From a virus (taxonomy: Duplodnaviria; Caudoviricetes): a stretch of DNA of 64,000 nt. The position numbers and the translations under genes are program-made. Under the pieces are notes generated by a model. It made no database searches. It was not told where the DNA came from and saw only the letters and a list, made by a program, of their open reading frames with translations. The DNA is taken from the IMG/VR virus record IMGVR_UViG_3300037851_000542, positions 128,001 through 192,000 of that record. The stretch is one strand, 5' to 3'. Positions 1 through 10,552 of this stretch are shown piece after piece (position 1 is the stretch's first letter; the number at the start of each line of letters is the position of its first letter).

Positions 1-314
1 TTATCCGCTAAGTATTTTGTAAAATACTCATCATAGGAAAAAGAATTCTTAAACTCATTTGAGAATATTTTCCAATTAATAGTAGCCCACTCTAATATGA
101 CTTGATCCATAAAATTATGGCAACACATTGTGTTAGTATAATTACAGGTTTCAGTAAAGCACCTAACACTTACAGTATTAAAACCAACGGGAGGCTCGGT
201 TGTAGGGAGTACTAAGTTTAACTCACTGTAGGCTTTGACTTGAGCTTTAAAAGTCTCCTCTAAATCAATTGATACTTTTAACATCCCGCAGTGTGGGCAT
301 TTTATATTAAGCAT
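1..314 (-). CDS. Zn-ribbon hypothetical protein, 3'-truncated by window edge (not in ORF track)
   Basis: ATG at 314, open to position 1: MLNIKCPHCGMLKVSIDLEE...RCFTETCNY; starts 1 nt after the stop of the 316..5688 gene. Confidence 0.75.
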   Translation of the reverse strand, partial: MLNIKCPHCGMLKVSIDLEETFKAQVKAYSELNLVLPTTEPPVGFNTVSVRCFTETCNYTNTMCCHNFMDQVILEWATINWKIFSNEFKNSFSYDEYFTKYLAD

Positions 315-315
315 A

Positions 316-3300
316 TTATGGATTATACTCCTGTTTATACTTTTCTTCTAATTCTTTTTTATAATTTTCTATTTTCATCTCCGTACTCAAAGCCTGAGCA
401 TTTTCAAATTGTAATTCAGAAAGCTTATTCATTTCTGATTCACCGGTAGTTAGTGCGCTTACAACAGAGGATCCTGCTATATTATTTGCAGGCGGAGATT
501 GGAGTATGGTCAATAGCCCAATAGTACCTAAGTTACCATTGGAGTTACAGATTTCGGGAGCTTCTTGTCCTACGTAAACTATTATTTTTCTGTCTCCTGT
601 GTATCCATATAAGGTACCTGGACCATTCCATACACAAATCCTAGGTACTAGTTTTTTAGGAGGACAAGCTTCATATCCTTCAAACTGCCATTGATCTGTT
701 TTAGTCCCTGTAGAGACTTCGCCAATAGAATTTGCCCCCTCTGAAGTTTTTACTTTAAATGATGATTTATATTCTGGAATATTTAATTTTAATTTATTTA
801 TTAATATATTTAAATCATAAGGATTAATAAAATACTGTAAGTCGAGTTGTAAAAAGTTGGATAAGTTTTCAATACTTTGAAGCATTTCCTTAAATATATC
901 TTTTTGTTTATTTTCCATTTCCTCTAAAGTACCTACAAATAACACATCTGGGGTACCTGGTTCATCTTTAGCTAAATAAGTTCTGTTAACGTCGAATGAT
1001 TTAAAAGGTCCAGCCCAATTTCTGCTTATTTTCCCCCTAGATGCTATCTCAACAGTCTCGTCCAAACTGGCGAGTCCGGTCTGCCAAAACTCACACAGTC
1101 CTGAGTACTCAAGTGTATCCGACAGATCTGGCACGCTAATTATGCCGGTTAAATATTTTTCTGATTGAGATGGAAGGTACATATTATTATTCTCATCACC
1201 ATTGCTATAACCTGTCGTTGGTATGTATTTAGGCTCTAAAGAAACTATTGACTCTTCTACTGTTCTAATAGTTAAGTAGTTTAATAGAAATTTAGTTAAA
1301 CTTAAATCAGTTACTGCATCTCTCTTCCCTACATTAATTTCAATTTTGTTTATAAAAAGACCCTCATATTGACTAACATTTATATCTACATCTTTAAAAT
1401 AAGATTTTGCAGACTTACCCACGCCTAGATTAATTTCAGGCTTAGAAAATAAAATATGTTGAGAACTGTCCGTATCAGTAAACGTAACTTGAATAGAAGG
1501 ATCTGTTTTTATCTTAGTATTTAAACCTGTACCAACTTCTATTTTATATGCAAATTTAAACCTAAAAAGCTCTATAGGCTGCTTAAACTTTATAGTAATT
1601 ATTACATTGTTTCTATAAGCACTGTGTCCTACTGGAGACGGAAGGCTAGCTTCACTGAGCCATTTTCCGAAAATAGCCCCTCTAGCATCATCTTTACAAT
1701 GAAATACGTTCTCTTGGCTTGTTTTTAAATCTACATTGCTGTACTGGTTTACTGTAGAATCTAAACTCCCATAATACTTATTAAAATTAATAGTAGGATT
1801 TAAGTTTAAAAGAAAATCCTTAGGGTTAAAGCATTTTTTTACTTTAGGTAACATTGTAGGAACTATATTACTAACTTTCAGAGATCTAATAAATCCTACA
1901 TTTGAAAAAGCTTCTTGTTCTCGATCTACAGGACCTTGTGAATCTATAGAGTCTATGTAGTAATAACTAATAACTTCTTCTGCAAATAAATTACCAGATA
2001 CAGTGTAATCCTCTATATCATCTGCCGTAGATGGAATTAAGGCATTAGTTTCCAAAGAGGTCGGTTCAAAATAATACTGTAATGGAAAAGTTAGTCCACT
2101 GATGTTGGTCAGAGCATAAGGCTGTGTTTCAGTAGACCTTGTATTATCATTTGGTACATTTAAAATATTTCCATTTTCTCTGTCAAAATAAACTGGCAGA
2201 TCTTTGTTTATATAAATTTTAGCATATTCTTGTATTTGACCTGTGGCTTCATTATACTTAATATCATTTATTGTTACTTTATAGTTATTCTCCTCTAATC
2301 CTAGGTAAACAGGTCTTTCAAATTTATCTAATACTATTCCAGTATCTGTATCATAGCTTTTGGGTTTTTCGATAGTGACGCCTGTGATCCTATCGGTAAT
2401 TAACAGATTATCAATTTCATTATCATTAATGGCTTTTCTTGCTGGCTCTGGACTGGTTTCTTTAAAAGCCCAAACTACCGAGGGGTTTTTAAAATTATGG
2501 TAAAATCCTTTTGTTGGAAATCTAGTACCTTTACCATCGGCAGACCTTATTATATTTACGTTATAAATCTGTTCCCACTTTGCGCGTTTTAAAACAACAG
2601 ACTCCTGAAAATAGTCACTAGAAGTTAGTTCGCTTTCGTTGGCGATGGACAAAGACATTAGGTACTTTTGATCTGTTATAGAAGTCTCATCTATAATAAA
2701 GTTTTTTGCTAGTTCCTTATTTTGGACCTGGTTTTCAAAAATAGTTCTAGGTCTATCTTCAAACAGGCTTGCGCTACTTTCGTGCGGCGATACTGGTAGC
2801 CATCCTAATCCAACTCTAGGTCCCGCAGGAGTTATAAACAAGTACTCTCTAAAATGCATTGTTCTAAAGACTCTTGCTGCATCTCGTCCTCTATTGCCCA
2901 TCTGTGGGAATGTCCAGTCCTCTGCGATATACCTTCCATACAGCACAGGGTCAAAAGTCGGAGATATAGGTCCTCTGAGTCTAGAGTACCCAATGAAAAA
3001 GGCTTGGGAATGATATCTCGTACCTAATGAGTATTCCCACACGCACGGATTAAAAAACCCAAGTGCATTAAATTTTAATACTAAAGGTGCTTTAAAATCA
3101 GGTCCTCTATATTTTTCATCAATTGAGGACACTCCGGGTATTAAATAGTCTACTTGTATTGCTTGATCATTTATAACTACTCTAGGCTGCTCGCAGGCAT
3201 CGTATGGAAACCATAGTGATCCAAATCCAACTGGATTTATTTCGTGATCACCACACATAGGGTAGTAAGTTGTTAAGCCTTTTGTATAGTACTCTGCAGG

Positions 3301-5688
3301 TGCTGCAGGAAGCTCTGCGGGACCTCCTTTGTAATAAAAAGGTTCAAAAGGTCTCTGGTCGTAATCTGCGGACCAAGCATATCTAACTTCTACATCACGT
3401 AACCAGCTCGTGTTTTTTTCGGCGACTCCGACAAACCATTTTCTTCCTACGGGCTTTCCATTGTTAAAACCAGGTATAGACACCTCTACCGTATAACTTA
3501 GATCGTATTTAGCGTATTCAGTAAATATTATTTGATCCTCATCGACAGAGTAGACGTGGGCGGCTGGCTGTAATTCAGATTCTGTAGACAATCCTAACTG
3601 CGCTTCTGCGCCGTATCCTTTAATTAGGTAACTGTCATCTAGAATCTCGTTTCCGTGTATTTCTAAGATTTCAGTTAAATCGTCTTTTTCTATGTTAGAT
3701 TTAGCAGAAAATTCATAGTAATTTAAAGTTATTTTACTCTGCGCTTTTGGTGTTTTAAAGTTAATATCATTTTTTGGTTTTATAATTATAAAATTGTGGG
3801 CTATTAACTCTCCTTTTTCGGACCTAACTATAGAGTTTTCAGTTGAATCTATTTCCATCTCAATGTTTTGTCCTTGCGATACATTAAAAAATATATCTTT
3901 TATAGACCACCCATACTTTAATCCTGCTGGCGGGATAGCAGGTGCTCCATTTTTTATCTCCAGTAAGTACCTATTACAATTATCAAATTTTGACCACACT
4001 ACATTACCGGACTCTGCACTACCGGTTAAAACACTCTTGGTTTGAAATACTCCCCAAAATCTTTGGTCTTTTGGCTCACCAAAGTCATCACCTGATACAA
4101 GCCTACTGAAAGACCTATCAAGTGTATAAACGTGATACATATTGCTAATAGTCATTTTATCTCCAACCAGCGGTATCATTGAAAATGTCAACTCATTGGC
4201 TGTTTGCAAATTAGATAAAGAGGTTATTAGAGTTGAAGTTTGGGGCGCTGTCAGATCAGCTTCAAAACCATTCTGAAATATATCTATGTGATAAAAGTTA
4301 TAATTGATATTTAACTGTAATTTACCCCATACCCCGTTTGATTGAGTTAGTATAATAATATTATTTAAACCTTGTACAAGGTCTAAGCCTGATCTTAGGT
4401 CCCAGAATCTATCTTCTCCTGTTATTGTGTAAGCAAAACCTTTTGTACTGTTGTAACCATACTGTTTTTTTAGTAAGTCCTCTACTGCTATCGTAATATC
4501 TTTATCTTTGGTGTTAGAGTTGAAAATGTCAACAAAGCCAGTTACGATTGTCTTGTTAATAGCATAAACAGTTGTATTAGATAAAGATATTCCTGATAGA
4601 TATGTTTTCTGTTTAACATTATAAAAGGATTTATAAATAAAAGGCTGCTTAGGTCCTTTACTACTTGATGAGCTATATTTTGATGGAGGGTATGTTATTT
4701 TCAAATATGGGTCTATAGCTTCCCCTAGGTTTGGAACTAAAGTGGGAAAATCAGGCGGGGTTAAATTTGAAGTACTACCTTGCACAGTACTAACGGGTTC
4801 CGATGGGACTTTTGATAAAGAAGCTTCTTTTGTTAGGGGATCCCAGAATATTTTAACCAGAGACATTATTTGTCCTGAAACGCTGGCATCAAATTCTACA
4901 TTTTGAGATAATGCGTGAGGAAAGTCCTTATCTCCTGCCCAGATGTAAGGTATAACAAAAGTATTTTCCCATTCTTTCTGTGCTTCAGTAAAACTATCCC
5001 AATCTTTCATGTAGGTTCTTACTTCCTGAACCATTTGTCCAATTATAGGCTGACCTGTAGCTAATTGATTGTCATTTATGTAATCAAAAGTAGGACCGGT
5101 ATAGTATGGACATTGAGTTTTTGCCCCATTACAAGGAGGTGTCCCGTCATCACCTTGGTTCCAAAGAGTTGCTTTACTTAGCGAGCATCTCGTAGGAACG
5201 GATGTAGCGCCGCTTAGTAACACTTTAGATAATTTTACAGGCTCTAATGCAAAACTTGGAGTAACTTCGTGTTCCCAACCTCCGACAACATTAGTGTCTG
5301 GATCATCTATCTCTTGTGTTACCCCTAATGTTTCATTTTTAACTTTTACTTTAAAGGTACCAGAGGGAACAGTAACAGGTCTAAATGAAAATATATCTGG
5401 GTCATTTGGCGCAACTCTATTAAGTTTTAATTTTTTAGAATCAGTTTCATCTGAATCACCCGTCTGCCACCAACAGCAGGGGTTTAATCTGGCTCTCTCT
5501 CTCCATATTTGGTATCTGTAGGGCAATTGAGAGTTAGGGCGTCCTTGTACTACTGTATCGTGACTCATGCCAAGAGGGGCATCTATACGTCCCTTGCAGG
5601 TTATTTTATTTCCCTGCTCATCCTCGCAGATAAACTCTATGAGTCTGGATTCAGGCTCTAAGATCGTGTCGTCGTCGTAGGCTCCCAT
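316..5688 (-). CDS. Very large (1790 aa) putative virion/baseplate-associated protein of unknown family
   Basis: Long ORF, rich in aromatic/Pro and beta-type sequence, scattered Cys clusters; no catalytic motif recognised; structural role inferred from context. Confidence 0.45.
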   Translation of the reverse strand: MGAYDDDTILEPESRLIEFICEDEQGNKITCKGRIDAPLGMSHDTVVQGRPNSQLPYRYQIWRERARLNPCCWWQTGDSDETDSKKLKLNRVAPNDPDIFSFRPVTVPSGTFKVKVKNETLGVTQEIDDPDTNVVGGWEHEVTPSFALEPVKLSKVLLSGATSVPTRCSLSKATLWNQGDDGTPPCNGAKTQCPYYTGPTFDYINDNQLATGQPIIGQMVQEVRTYMKDWDSFTEAQKEWENTFVIPYIWAGDKDFPHALSQNVEFDASVSGQIMSLVKIFWDPLTKEASLSKVPSEPVSTVQGSTSNLTPPDFPTLVPNLGEAIDPYLKITYPPSKYSSSSSKGPKQPFIYKSFYNVKQKTYLSGISLSNTTVYAINKTIVTGFVDIFNSNTKDKDITIAVEDLLKKQYGYNSTKGFAYTITGEDRFWDLRSGLDLVQGLNNIIILTQSNGVWGKLQLNINYNFYHIDIFQNGFEADLTAPQTSTLITSLSNLQTANELTFSMIPLVGDKMTISNMYHVYTLDRSFSRLVSGDDFGEPKDQRFWGVFQTKSVLTGSAESGNVVWSKFDNCNRYLLEIKNGAPAIPPAGLKYGWSIKDIFFNVSQGQNIEMEIDSTENSIVRSEKGELIAHNFIIIKPKNDINFKTPKAQSKITLNYYEFSAKSNIEKDDLTEILEIHGNEILDDSYLIKGYGAEAQLGLSTESELQPAAHVYSVDEDQIIFTEYAKYDLSYTVEVSIPGFNNGKPVGRKWFVGVAEKNTSWLRDVEVRYAWSADYDQRPFEPFYYKGGPAELPAAPAEYYTKGLTTYYPMCGDHEINPVGFGSLWFPYDACEQPRVVINDQAIQVDYLIPGVSSIDEKYRGPDFKAPLVLKFNALGFFNPCVWEYSLGTRYHSQAFFIGYSRLRGPISPTFDPVLYGRYIAEDWTFPQMGNRGRDAARVFRTMHFREYLFITPAGPRVGLGWLPVSPHESSASLFEDRPRTIFENQVQNKELAKNFIIDETSITDQKYLMSLSIANESELTSSDYFQESVVLKRAKWEQIYNVNIIRSADGKGTRFPTKGFYHNFKNPSVVWAFKETSPEPARKAINDNEIDNLLITDRITGVTIEKPKSYDTDTGIVLDKFERPVYLGLEENNYKVTINDIKYNEATGQIQEYAKIYINKDLPVYFDRENGNILNVPNDNTRSTETQPYALTNISGLTFPLQYYFEPTSLETNALIPSTADDIEDYTVSGNLFAEEVISYYYIDSIDSQGPVDREQEAFSNVGFIRSLKVSNIVPTMLPKVKKCFNPKDFLLNLNPTINFNKYYGSLDSTVNQYSNVDLKTSQENVFHCKDDARGAIFGKWLSEASLPSPVGHSAYRNNVIITIKFKQPIELFRFKFAYKIEVGTGLNTKIKTDPSIQVTFTDTDSSQHILFSKPEINLGVGKSAKSYFKDVDINVSQYEGLFINKIEINVGKRDAVTDLSLTKFLLNYLTIRTVEESIVSLEPKYIPTTGYSNGDENNNMYLPSQSEKYLTGIISVPDLSDTLEYSGLCEFWQTGLASLDETVEIASRGKISRNWAGPFKSFDVNRTYLAKDEPGTPDVLFVGTLEEMENKQKDIFKEMLQSIENLSNFLQLDLQYFINPYDLNILINKLKLNIPEYKSSFKVKTSEGANSIGEVSTGTKTDQWQFEGYEACPPKKLVPRICVWNGPGTLYGYTGDRKIIVYVGQEAPEICNSNGNLGTIGLLTILQSPPANNIAGSSVVSALTTGESEMNKLSELQFENAQALSTEMKIENYKKELEEKYKQEYNP

Positions 5689-5710
5689 TTTTTATTGTAA
5701 GAAGTCCCTA

Positions 5711-6064
5711 TTAATAGGGAACTTTTTCCTCGGTGAACTGTCCACTATTAATGTCCACCCTTATTATTACTTTTTCAGTATCAGTGTAAAATCCTATGAA
5801 CCTTCCTACTACTAAACTTACTGTTCTTAAACTTTTACCAGCTACAGATAATTCTTTCATCTGAGTCTCACCTGGAGGCAAATAAGCTAGTTTATCTTGT
5901 ATTTCAAAGTGCTTGTGCCTCCACTTTAAACCCATAAGCTTAATATTCTTTTTATTAGGAACTAATGACCAAGGCAAATCATTTTCTGTAAGTACTTCTC
6001 CGTCTTGATACTGCAAGTACCAACCACCTACCAGCTTATTAACCTTATCATGGGTCAGTACCAT
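5711..6064 (-). CDS. Hypothetical protein
   Basis: 117-aa ORF tightly packed between PhoH and the 1790-aa gene. Confidence 0.7.
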   Translation of the reverse strand: MVLTHDKVNKLVGGWYLQYQDGEVLTENDLPWSLVPNKKNIKLMGLKWRHKHFEIQDKLAYLPPGETQMKELSVAGKSLRTVSLVVGRFIGFYTDTEKVIIRVDINSGQFTEEKVPY

Positions 6065-6068
6065 ATAC

Positions 6069-7415
6069 TTACAGGCGCTCTGTACACTCTGATGCTAATT
6101 CTGATCTGATGCCTTCTCGTAGCTCTACGTGTGCCGCTAGTTTAGAAGTTTTAAAAGCTTCTATAGTTTGAGACAAACCGTTAGTCTTAGAGTTAACATA
6201 AATATTATCTATCTGATTAAAATCTGTATCACCAAGTAGAACTATTTTAGATCCTTCACCTATTCGAGTGATGATAGCTTTAACTTGTTTTCTTGTTAAA
6301 TTTTGAGCTTCATCTACTATAAAAAAGGCTTGTCTTATGCTTCTACCTCTAATAAATTGAAGAGGTTCTATTTCAATTTTATCATTTAGGTCTTTTAGGG
6401 TTTTAACATCTAGTGCTGGCTTCATCCCAGTAAGTACAAAATCTACAGAGTCTTTTAGTGGTAAAATATATGGGGCTAGTTTGTCATCTAAACTCCCTTT
6501 TAGGAACCCAATACGATCTTTTCCAGACAACGGCTCTAAGGATCTACTTAATATCATTTTATCGTATCTTGGCTCTTTGCCCATTATTTGCATCAATCCT
6601 GCGGATACTGCGCAGACTGTTTTACCACAACCTGCTATACCGTTTACAGTAATTAATTTTATCTCTGGATCTGCTAGATAATTAAATAACATGAGTTGTT
6701 CTATATTTTGAGGCTCTATGCTTAGAAACCTTAAATTCTCATGTAACTTGTGCAATTTATTATTTTTAAATATTGCCACTACATTCTTATGTGTCTTTAC
6801 TTCTTTCTTTATATAAACACATTCGTTAGGATTAAACTTATATTTTGTATTTTTAGCTAAGTCTACTACATTGCCCGATTTTTTAAATACTTCTGAGTTT
6901 AAGGTACTAGTGCTTTTAATAGTCCTGTACCCTTTATAACCCTTAGTGTCTATTATTCCGGCACCTTTAAACTCAATATTATTTATTTTATATATTGCCG
7001 CCTTTAAACCTAGGTTGTAATCATTAGTTACTAAGGTTACTTTACTTTTTTTATGTAATTTACTTAAAGTTATACAAACACTTAGTATTCTATTATCTAC
7101 TACAGATTTATCTAAACAAGGTGGAACGTCCTTATCGTCCTCTAATATACACATGATAGTGGATTTAGAGTCTTCGTCTGCTACCCCTGAGCTAAGATCC
7201 CCTAGTTTTGTCAAACCATATAAATACTTATGTAAGTATCTAGCTGATTTACCTACTTCATCTATTCTGTTCTTTTTAGAATCTAGTTCAACTATTACTG
7301 AGATTGGTATTACTAAAATTGAATTGGGGAAGTTATTAAGACAAGCGGGGTCAGTCAATAAAGCTGACGTATCAAAAACATAGAAATCTTTAGTACTCTC
7401 GGTAGGTGTCTTCAT
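6069..7415 (-). CDS. phoH: PIN domain-PhoH family ATPase (PhoH2/YlaK-like)
   Basis: N-terminal PIN motif VFDTSALLTDP...DNRIL...LVTND; Walker A GIAGCGKT; FIRGRSI; Walker B IVDEAQN; LLGD..QID. Confidence 0.93.
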   Translation of the reverse strand: MKTPTESTKDFYVFDTSALLTDPACLNNFPNSILVIPISVIVELDSKKNRIDEVGKSARYLHKYLYGLTKLGDLSSGVADEDSKSTIMCILEDDKDVPPCLDKSVVDNRILSVCITLSKLHKKSKVTLVTNDYNLGLKAAIYKINNIEFKGAGIIDTKGYKGYRTIKSTSTLNSEVFKKSGNVVDLAKNTKYKFNPNECVYIKKEVKTHKNVVAIFKNNKLHKLHENLRFLSIEPQNIEQLMLFNYLADPEIKLITVNGIAGCGKTVCAVSAGLMQIMGKEPRYDKMILSRSLEPLSGKDRIGFLKGSLDDKLAPYILPLKDSVDFVLTGMKPALDVKTLKDLNDKIEIEPLQFIRGRSIRQAFFIVDEAQNLTRKQVKAIITRIGEGSKIVLLGDTDFNQIDNIYVNSKTNGLSQTIEAFKTSKLAAHVELREGIRSELASECTERL

Positions 7416-7433
7416 AGGTTATTAATCTTACCA

Positions 7434-7440
7434 TAGTATA
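7434..7440 (-). promoter_or_regulatory. TATACTA putative late-promoter -10 element upstream of phoH
   Basis: Exact copy of the recurrent motif, 19 nt upstream of the ATG at 7415. Confidence 0.55.
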
Positions 7441-7441
7441 G

Positions 7442-8041
7442 TTACTTTTGAATAATCTCATCAATTATTCCGTATGCTTTAGCCTCTGAGCTTGATAGCC
7501 AGAGGTCTCTTTCACAGTCCTTTTTTACCTTTTTATAGGACTGTCCTGTATTTTTGCAAAGAATATTCAGGAGCTGCTCTCTCATTTTAAGAAGAATTTT
7601 AGTATCAATTTCTTGATCTGTGGCTGTAATGGTCTGTTTTATTGCGCTTGTTCTAGGTTCGTGAATCATTACCCAGGAGTTAGGCAGACTAGCTCTTTTT
7701 TTACCCGCCGATAGTAAAACTGCTGCCATACTAGCAGCGCACCCTATACATATAGTGTTTACAGGCGCTGAGATATAGCTCATTGTATCTAGGATAGCTA
7801 ACCCGTCGGATATACTTCCGCCTGGACTATTTATATAAAAACTAATAGGTCTGTTTTGGTCATCTTGGTCTAAAAGTAACAATTGTGCTACTACGGCATT
7901 GGCACTTTCATCATTTATTTCTTCTTTTAAGAAGATAATTCTATCTGATAGTAATTTAGAATAGACATCGTAAGCCCTCTCGCTACTACTACTTTTGTCT
8001 ATTACAAATACCGAGTTAGTTCTTGTTTTAGTTTTTACCAT
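7442..8041 (-). CDS. clpP: ATP-dependent Clp protease proteolytic subunit
   Basis: YDVYSKLLSDRIIFL, YINSPGGS, CIGCAASMAAVLL (catalytic Ser), MIHEP (His), RDLWL (Asp). Confidence 0.96.
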   Translation of the reverse strand: MVKTKTRTNSVFVIDKSSSSERAYDVYSKLLSDRIIFLKEEINDESANAVVAQLLLLDQDDQNRPISFYINSPGGSISDGLAILDTMSYISAPVNTICIGCAASMAAVLLSAGKKRASLPNSWVMIHEPRTSAIKQTITATDQEIDTKILLKMREQLLNILCKNTGQSYKKVKKDCERDLWLSSSEAKAYGIIDEIIQK

Positions 8042-8096
8042 ATGCTAACATCATATTACAGTTTACTATTTAAAACAACTATTTTCTGGAATTACA

Positions 8097-9239
8097 ATGT
8101 TAAATAAGTTAAATTTATACGGACCCTTAAATCAATTAGGTTATGGGATCTTCACCAGAGGTATCATTAAAGGTTTAGCCGAGAATAATGTATTAAATTT
8201 CTCTGTTTTGCCTATAGGTCAGGTACACATTGAAGACCAAAGGGAAGCTCAACTGTTAAAATCTTTAATAGAAACAATGACTTGGGAAAGAAAAGCCCCC
8301 TCAGTAGCTATTTGGCATGAATTCGATTTAACTAAATTTTCTAGTGATAAACTTATAGCTTATCCAATCTTTGAAACAACTAAATTTAATAAGTCTGCAA
8401 TCTCTCAATTAAGTCAAATGGATGCTGTAATAGTGGCATCTAAGTGGGCTAAATCAGTTGTGACTGATAATATTGGGGATAATGTTCCTGTATTTGTGGT
8501 ACCCGGTGCTTCTGATTTAAATGACGAGAATTTAGAAGAGGACTATAATAAGAATAATATTTTTACATTTATCAACGTTGGAAAGTTTGAAAAAAGAAAA
8601 GCGCACGCTGACTTATTACAAGCGTATAAACAGGCTTTTAGTAATTCTCCTAATGAGACTCGTTTGATTTTGCATTGTTTTAATCCACATATGCAGAATT
8701 ATGATAACAATATAAAGGGACTGTTATCGTCTCTAGGTTACACTGTACACGAAAATAGTACCAATATGGGCGCTATAATTGCGAGCGCAGGTAATGCTCT
8801 GGTATCAATACCTAGGGGGTTTATTCCAAAATCTCAATTAATCAGTCTGTATAAGTACTCACATGTTGGAATTTACCCATCTAGAGGTGAAGGCTGGAAT
8901 TTACCACTAGTAGAATCTATTCAAAGTGGATTACCTTGTATAGCTACAAATTATTCGGCGCATACTGAGTATTTAAATGCAGAGTTTAATTATCCCCAAG
9001 AGCTACTATTAAATAACTTCAAAATGGAAACAGCTTTAGATAATATGTATTTTCACGGAGATCGAGGCTACTGGGCTTCGCCTTCAATAGAGGAGATGGC
9101 TGAAAAAATGCTGTATGCTGAGAAAAACTATGCTAAAATAATGGAAACCTTTGGTAATACCTCTGACCTTATAAAGGCTAAGTTTACTTGGAAAAATTCA
9201 GCTTCCAGCTTATTAGAAGTTCTTGATATCCTCGCTTAG
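8097..9239 (+). CDS. GT-B fold glycosyltransferase, GT4 family
   Basis: FINVGKFEKRK and YPSRGEGWNLPLVESIQSGLPCIATNYSAHTEY (EX7E motif). Confidence 0.92.
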   Translation: MLNKLNLYGPLNQLGYGIFTRGIIKGLAENNVLNFSVLPIGQVHIEDQREAQLLKSLIETMTWERKAPSVAIWHEFDLTKFSSDKLIAYPIFETTKFNKSAISQLSQMDAVIVASKWAKSVVTDNIGDNVPVFVVPGASDLNDENLEEDYNKNNIFTFINVGKFEKRKAHADLLQAYKQAFSNSPNETRLILHCFNPHMQNYDNNIKGLLSSLGYTVHENSTNMGAIIASAGNALVSIPRGFIPKSQLISLYKYSHVGIYPSRGEGWNLPLVESIQSGLPCIATNYSAHTEYLNAEFNYPQELLLNNFKMETALDNMYFHGDRGYWASPSIEEMAEKMLYAEKNYAKIMETFGNTSDLIKAKFTWKNSASSLLEVLDILA

Positions 9240-9254
9240 TACTATTTTTAGTAC

Positions 9255-9734
9255 ATGAGAGTTAACTTATTTAATGCTAATAATCCAAACGGACCTAGGC
9301 TAGCTGTTACTGTAGATATTCTTCATCAGGATGTACAACATACTTCTGATGGAGAATTAATCTACATGATCCAGTTTACACACGGTATTTCTGGTATAGA
9401 CCCTGTTGTTATATTAGATGTTACTGAAAAAAACATACAAAAAGAAATAAAAAAAGGATTAGGTATTATAGCTTCTCAGTTAGACTGGGGGAACCTAATA
9501 CCTGATACTAAAACTCCAGCAATAGATACTATTTATCCTCTGCCTAATAGTTTGGATGTTCCAATTGAATCAAACGTTTCAATAAAATTAATTGATAGAT
9601 TTCCAACCTCCCTTATTGATACAAGTACAATAAAACTAACAGTAAATAATATAGATGTTACAAGTGATCTACAAATTAAAGATTTAGATCAGCTTGTAAC
9701 TATTAACTGGCTGCCAAAAAAGGCTATCGACTAG
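9255..9734 (+). CDS. Putative virion protein with C-terminal Ig-like (Big_5/SbsA-like) domain
   Basis: PAIDTIYPLPNSLDVPIESNVSIKLID...IDTSTIKLTVNNIDVT resembles domains in 24950..26998 and 30380..32752; N-terminus resembles 14579..15493. Confidence 0.6.
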   Translation: MRVNLFNANNPNGPRLAVTVDILHQDVQHTSDGELIYMIQFTHGISGIDPVVILDVTEKNIQKEIKKGLGIIASQLDWGNLIPDTKTPAIDTIYPLPNSLDVPIESNVSIKLIDRFPTSLIDTSTIKLTVNNIDVTSDLQIKDLDQLVTINWLPKKAID

Positions 9735-10549
9735 TACAAGTACTCTATTAAGACAGCTGCAGATCTAGCAATGTCATGATTATTGGTATATTTTAACCTA
9801 ATAACAGATCCAGCAGGAATATGAGAACCCTTTTCTATTTTATAACCTAATGGTACTGGACCTTTACCAATTAATGCATAATGTTCTACTACTTTTTGAA
9901 CTAAAAGTACATAAGTGGTACTTGCCGAAAAATTCTGCGTCAAGTTAATATCTAAAGTAAGTTCATTTTCTGCAGCATTGACACTAAGAATTAAAGGCAG
10001 CAACTCTTTAATATTTGTATCCAGCGCATTAACTAACATAAGAGAAGCGCCTGCATTAACATTTTGTATTACAGTTGGACTTACTTTTATTGTATTACTT
10101 CCAGAAGTGACTGCTTCAGTGAGTACCCCTACAGTAAAGCCTATTGGACCATCTGCATATACATCTGCCCAGGTTTTTTCCCCCACCCAAACTTCTAGTA
10201 CATCAAAGGGGCTAATAACATCCTCGTATAGCACTTGTCCACCCATTAAACTGATAGGTATCTTAACTTGAAAATCTGAATTAAAAACCCCGCTTGGTGT
10301 AACGTCTATGCAATCTATAGTTGTACTTTTAAAATGTCCATTAGTAGGAACCCACTCTTTTACAATCTCTACTTGTGTAATTAAATGATCTAATGTTTCA
10401 ATAATAGACACAGAATCCATATTAATTGGACTTCCGTCTGGAGATATTAAGTCTGATGAGTCCTGAGTATCATCTAACCAAGATGTAAAGACTGTATTTC
10501 CACCTGACTCTGTAATAAACCTATATTTATATAATATTTTTGTTGTCAT
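9731..10549 (-). CDS. Putative virion structural protein
   Basis: Contains a ~70-aa beta module (LTEAVTSGSNTIKV...ELTLDINL) shared with other tail proteins; downstream of fibre genes. Confidence 0.5.
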   Translation of the reverse strand: MTTKILYKYRFITESGGNTVFTSWLDDTQDSSDLISPDGSPINMDSVSIIETLDHLITQVEIVKEWVPTNGHFKSTTIDCIDVTPSGVFNSDFQVKIPISLMGGQVLYEDVISPFDVLEVWVGEKTWADVYADGPIGFTVGVLTEAVTSGSNTIKVSPTVIQNVNAGASLMLVNALDTNIKELLPLILSVNAAENELTLDINLTQNFSASTTYVLLVQKVVEHYALIGKGPVPLGYKIEKGSHIPAGSVIRLKYTNNHDIARSAAVLIEYLY

Positions 10550-10552
10550 AAT

